Sequence record: OQ718158.1
Direction: 5' to 3' (one strand)
Origin: Escherichia phage vB_Ec-M-J
DNA length: 64,000 nt
The translations under genes were made by a program, and so were the position numbers. The notes beneath the pieces were generated by a model that saw nothing but the letters and a program-made list of their open reading frames with translations, was not told where the DNA came from and did not search any database. Of this stretch, positions 62,290-64,000 are shown in pieces. The first letter of the stretch is position 1; every line of letters starts with the position of its first letter.

Positions 62290-62887
62290 TACATACTTTC
62301 GTTATCTTCGCCTAGGGCTTTCCCTACGCCCAATCCGTGGTAAGTGTGATTCACTTGCTGATTTGGATTATGCATATGCATTACATTGTGATGGTGTTCA
62401 ATATGTATTAGGTGACTATGGCACATTCGAAGAATCCAATGACAGTTCAGAAATTATTGCTGGTGTTGCTAACCTTAACAACATTGCCAATAGTTCTCGT
62501 CATGAAATCGTTCTTGAAATTCAGAACTTCATTGAGAAAAATACTGGCAAGCGTACATGGTCATATGTCGGTACTGATGCACAAATGTCAATCGCATTTG
62601 GTAACGAAGATGGTTATGTAGCACAACTTATTATGGATTTCGAATCAGAAGAGAAGTTCCTAGAATACAAGGAAAAAATCATCCAATCCTTGTTGCAAAT
62701 GGGTATTCCTGAAGATCGTATGCCTGAAATTCAAAGCATTGATGAGTTTGTTCTTATCCCATCTGATGAAAAATATGATGCGATGTTTACAGCACTGAAC
62801 ATTCCTGGTGTAGTTGTTGAGTACTTCGATGATGGTGATGCTGACATTTACCTAGATCTCGACGACGATGATGACGATGATGAATAA
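62270..62887 (+). CDS. hypothetical protein with poly-Asp C-terminal tail
   Basis: in-frame TTG after RBS AAGGAG (track 62225 is also TTG); ends DLDDDDDDDE. Confidence 0.5.
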   Translation: MTNTNTNTYFRYLRLGLSLRPIRGKCDSLADLDYAYALHCDGVQYVLGDYGTFEESNDSSEIIAGVANLNNIANSSRHEIVLEIQNFIEKNTGKRTWSYVGTDAQMSIAFGNEDGYVAQLIMDFESEEKFLEYKEKIIQSLLQMGIPEDRMPEIQSIDEFVLIPSDEKYDAMFTALNIPGVVVEYFDDGDADIYLDLDDDDDDDE

Positions 62888-62894
62888 TACATAT

Positions 62895-62923
62895 AGCCCG
62901 ACATAAGTTCGGGCTATTTTTTT
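62895..62923 (+). terminator. rho-independent terminator
   Basis: AGCCCGacataagttCGGGCT then ATTTTTTT. Confidence 0.7.
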
Positions 62924-62933
62924 AAGGGGAAAT

Positions 62934-63203
62934 ATGAATTACAAACATATACAATTCACTTATATGGAATTATTTAAATTACACCATAATCACAGAAGTA
63001 CTAACACAATTAATAAAAATGCGTTTACTCATAAATTATGGTCAAATTACCTAGAAGAATTACGTGAGTATTTTATTGATACTGAAATTTTCATTAATGG
63101 AAAAAAACGAAAGATACTTAGAGTCGATAGTTTTGGTGGTAGATTAGTACTTTCATATAAATTTGATAACGACTTATTCTCTGTTGATTTGGTGAATATA
63201 TGA
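62934..63203 (+). CDS. F3 paralog (MNYK..QFTY family)
   Basis: track ORF; N-terminus MNYKHIQFTYMELF. Confidence 0.55.
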   Translation: MNYKHIQFTYMELFKLHHNHRSTNTINKNAFTHKLWSNYLEELREYFIDTEIFINGKKRKILRVDSFGGRLVLSYKFDNDLFSVDLVNI

Positions 63204-63460
63204 ATTATAAAGATTTCCAATTAACATTCAAGTGCATTCGTGACCTAGCAAATAAAAATAATAGTATATTTTTAGAAGATACATGTATTGAAATGATTAA
63301 TATTGTGCGTGAGAGGATTAAAGAAAAATTCAGTACTGTAATTATCAACAACGATCATGCAGAATTTTCAGATATAATCATTAAGCTCGATGGTAAAGTA
63401 GAGGTACAGTTCTACACTGATTTTGGATTTACGAGTGTTCCTCTGGAGATATTCCCTTGA
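63200..63460 (+). CDS. F3 paralog
   Basis: ATGA overlap; MNYKDFQLTFKCI. Confidence 0.55.
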   Translation: MNYKDFQLTFKCIRDLANKNNSIFLEDTCIEMINIVRERIKEKFSTVIINNDHAEFSDIIIKLDGKVEVQFYTDFGFTSVPLEIFP

Positions 63461-63768
63461 AATTAAATTTGAATGATGTTCAATTCACGTATAAAAATAT
63501 ATATGGTTTGTATGACATGTATCTTTTTAGTGGGAAGATTGGTGAACATGTCGAATCAAAAGAATCACCATTTATTAATAATTACTATGATTACTTAGAT
63601 TCTATTGCTGAATATATAAAAAAGAATTACAGTACTTACACTGATGGAGATGACATATTTGAATATTCAGGTGTAAAATCTTATCAAGGTATTATCCATG
63701 TAGAATTTCTTGAAAAAACTGATAGGGAATTTATGGAGATTAAAGTTATGAAGTTAACGGACCTATAA
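63457..63768 (+). CDS. F3 paralog
   Basis: ATGA overlap; MKLNLNDVQFTYKNIYGLY. Confidence 0.55.
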   Translation: MKLNLNDVQFTYKNIYGLYDMYLFSGKIGEHVESKESPFINNYYDYLDSIAEYIKKNYSTYTDGDDIFEYSGVKSYQGIIHVEFLEKTDREFMEIKVMKLTDL

Positions 63769-63778
63769 GAGTTGACAT

Positions 63779-64000
63779 ATGAATATTAATGATATACAAT
63801 TCACATACAAATTTTTGTATATCCAATACGCTACGGTTGATGCTGGAGAATATCTCTACGGTGAAATCTATCGTTCGGTATGGATAAAGTTTTTGGATGA
63901 ATTACATGAATATTACCATGATTTGTGTATAGTTCGTGATAATAAAATATACAAATTCCGCGATATTGTTAGTCATAGCGGTAAGCTACGATTGGAATTA
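63779..64000 (+). CDS. F3 paralog (3'-truncated by window end)
   Basis: ATG after RBS AAGAG; MNINDIQFTYKFLYIQY; no stop before window end. Confidence 0.5.
   Translation, partial: MNINDIQFTYKFLYIQYATVDAGEYLYGEIYRSVWIKFLDELHEYYHDLCIVRDNKIYKFRDIVSHSGKLRLEL

Noticed and set aside
1-64000. All minus-strand ORFs in the track (for example 2830..3081, 7051..7338, 24892..25107, 35151..35411, 48981..49256)
   Set aside because: Each is antisense to a better-supported + strand gene, promoter or hairpin, and lacks its own promoter or RBS; typical shadow ORFs.

Overview
This 64-kb window reads as a lytic-phage-like genome segment in which every credible gene is on the + strand. I could not assign it to a known phage. 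All coordinates are from manual reading plus the ORF track, so promoter and hairpin positions are approximate (about +/-3 nt) and no database search was run. Layout: (1) 1-1650 is a non-coding, repeat-rich region with iteron-like tandem repeats and promoters on both strands, possibly a genome end or origin-proximal control region. (2) 1.7-21.4 kb is an early-gene region of about 54 small ORFs, most with their own sigma70-like promoter (TTGCAA/TTGACA, 16-17 bp spacer, TATAAT, then GTTTTACATC) followed by a conserved G-rich 5' stem-loop (GGGGAGAA-loop-TTCTCCCC); many track ORF starts here are spurious extensions from the ATG inside TATAATG and have been moved to the RBS-supported start. Recognisable products in this region are a TraR/DksA-type C4 zinc-finger protein, a GNAT-like acetyltransferase, a Hanks-type kinase-like protein and a signal-peptide protein. 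(3) At about 21.4-21.6 kb, base composition and codon usage switch sharply to AT-rich. (4) 21.6-56 kb is filled by two very large tandem arrays of paralogous genes, mostly translationally coupled by ATGA overlaps: family F1 (about 32 proteins of 65-90 aa with a C-terminal [LF]GTNYQE-x-[YF] motif) and family F2 (about 47 proteins of 100-210 aa with variable N-termini and a C-terminal module starting with an EE-x-[YF]-F-Q-x-S motif). These arrays are the most unusual content and I could not match them to any family I know. (5) 56-64 kb holds larger unique ORFs, a phage-Dam-like N6-adenine methyltransferase (NPPY), an HxGH nucleotidyltransferase (NMNAT-like), an acidic-tail protein and the start of a third tandem family (F3). 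No tRNA, rRNA or CRISPR array was seen.
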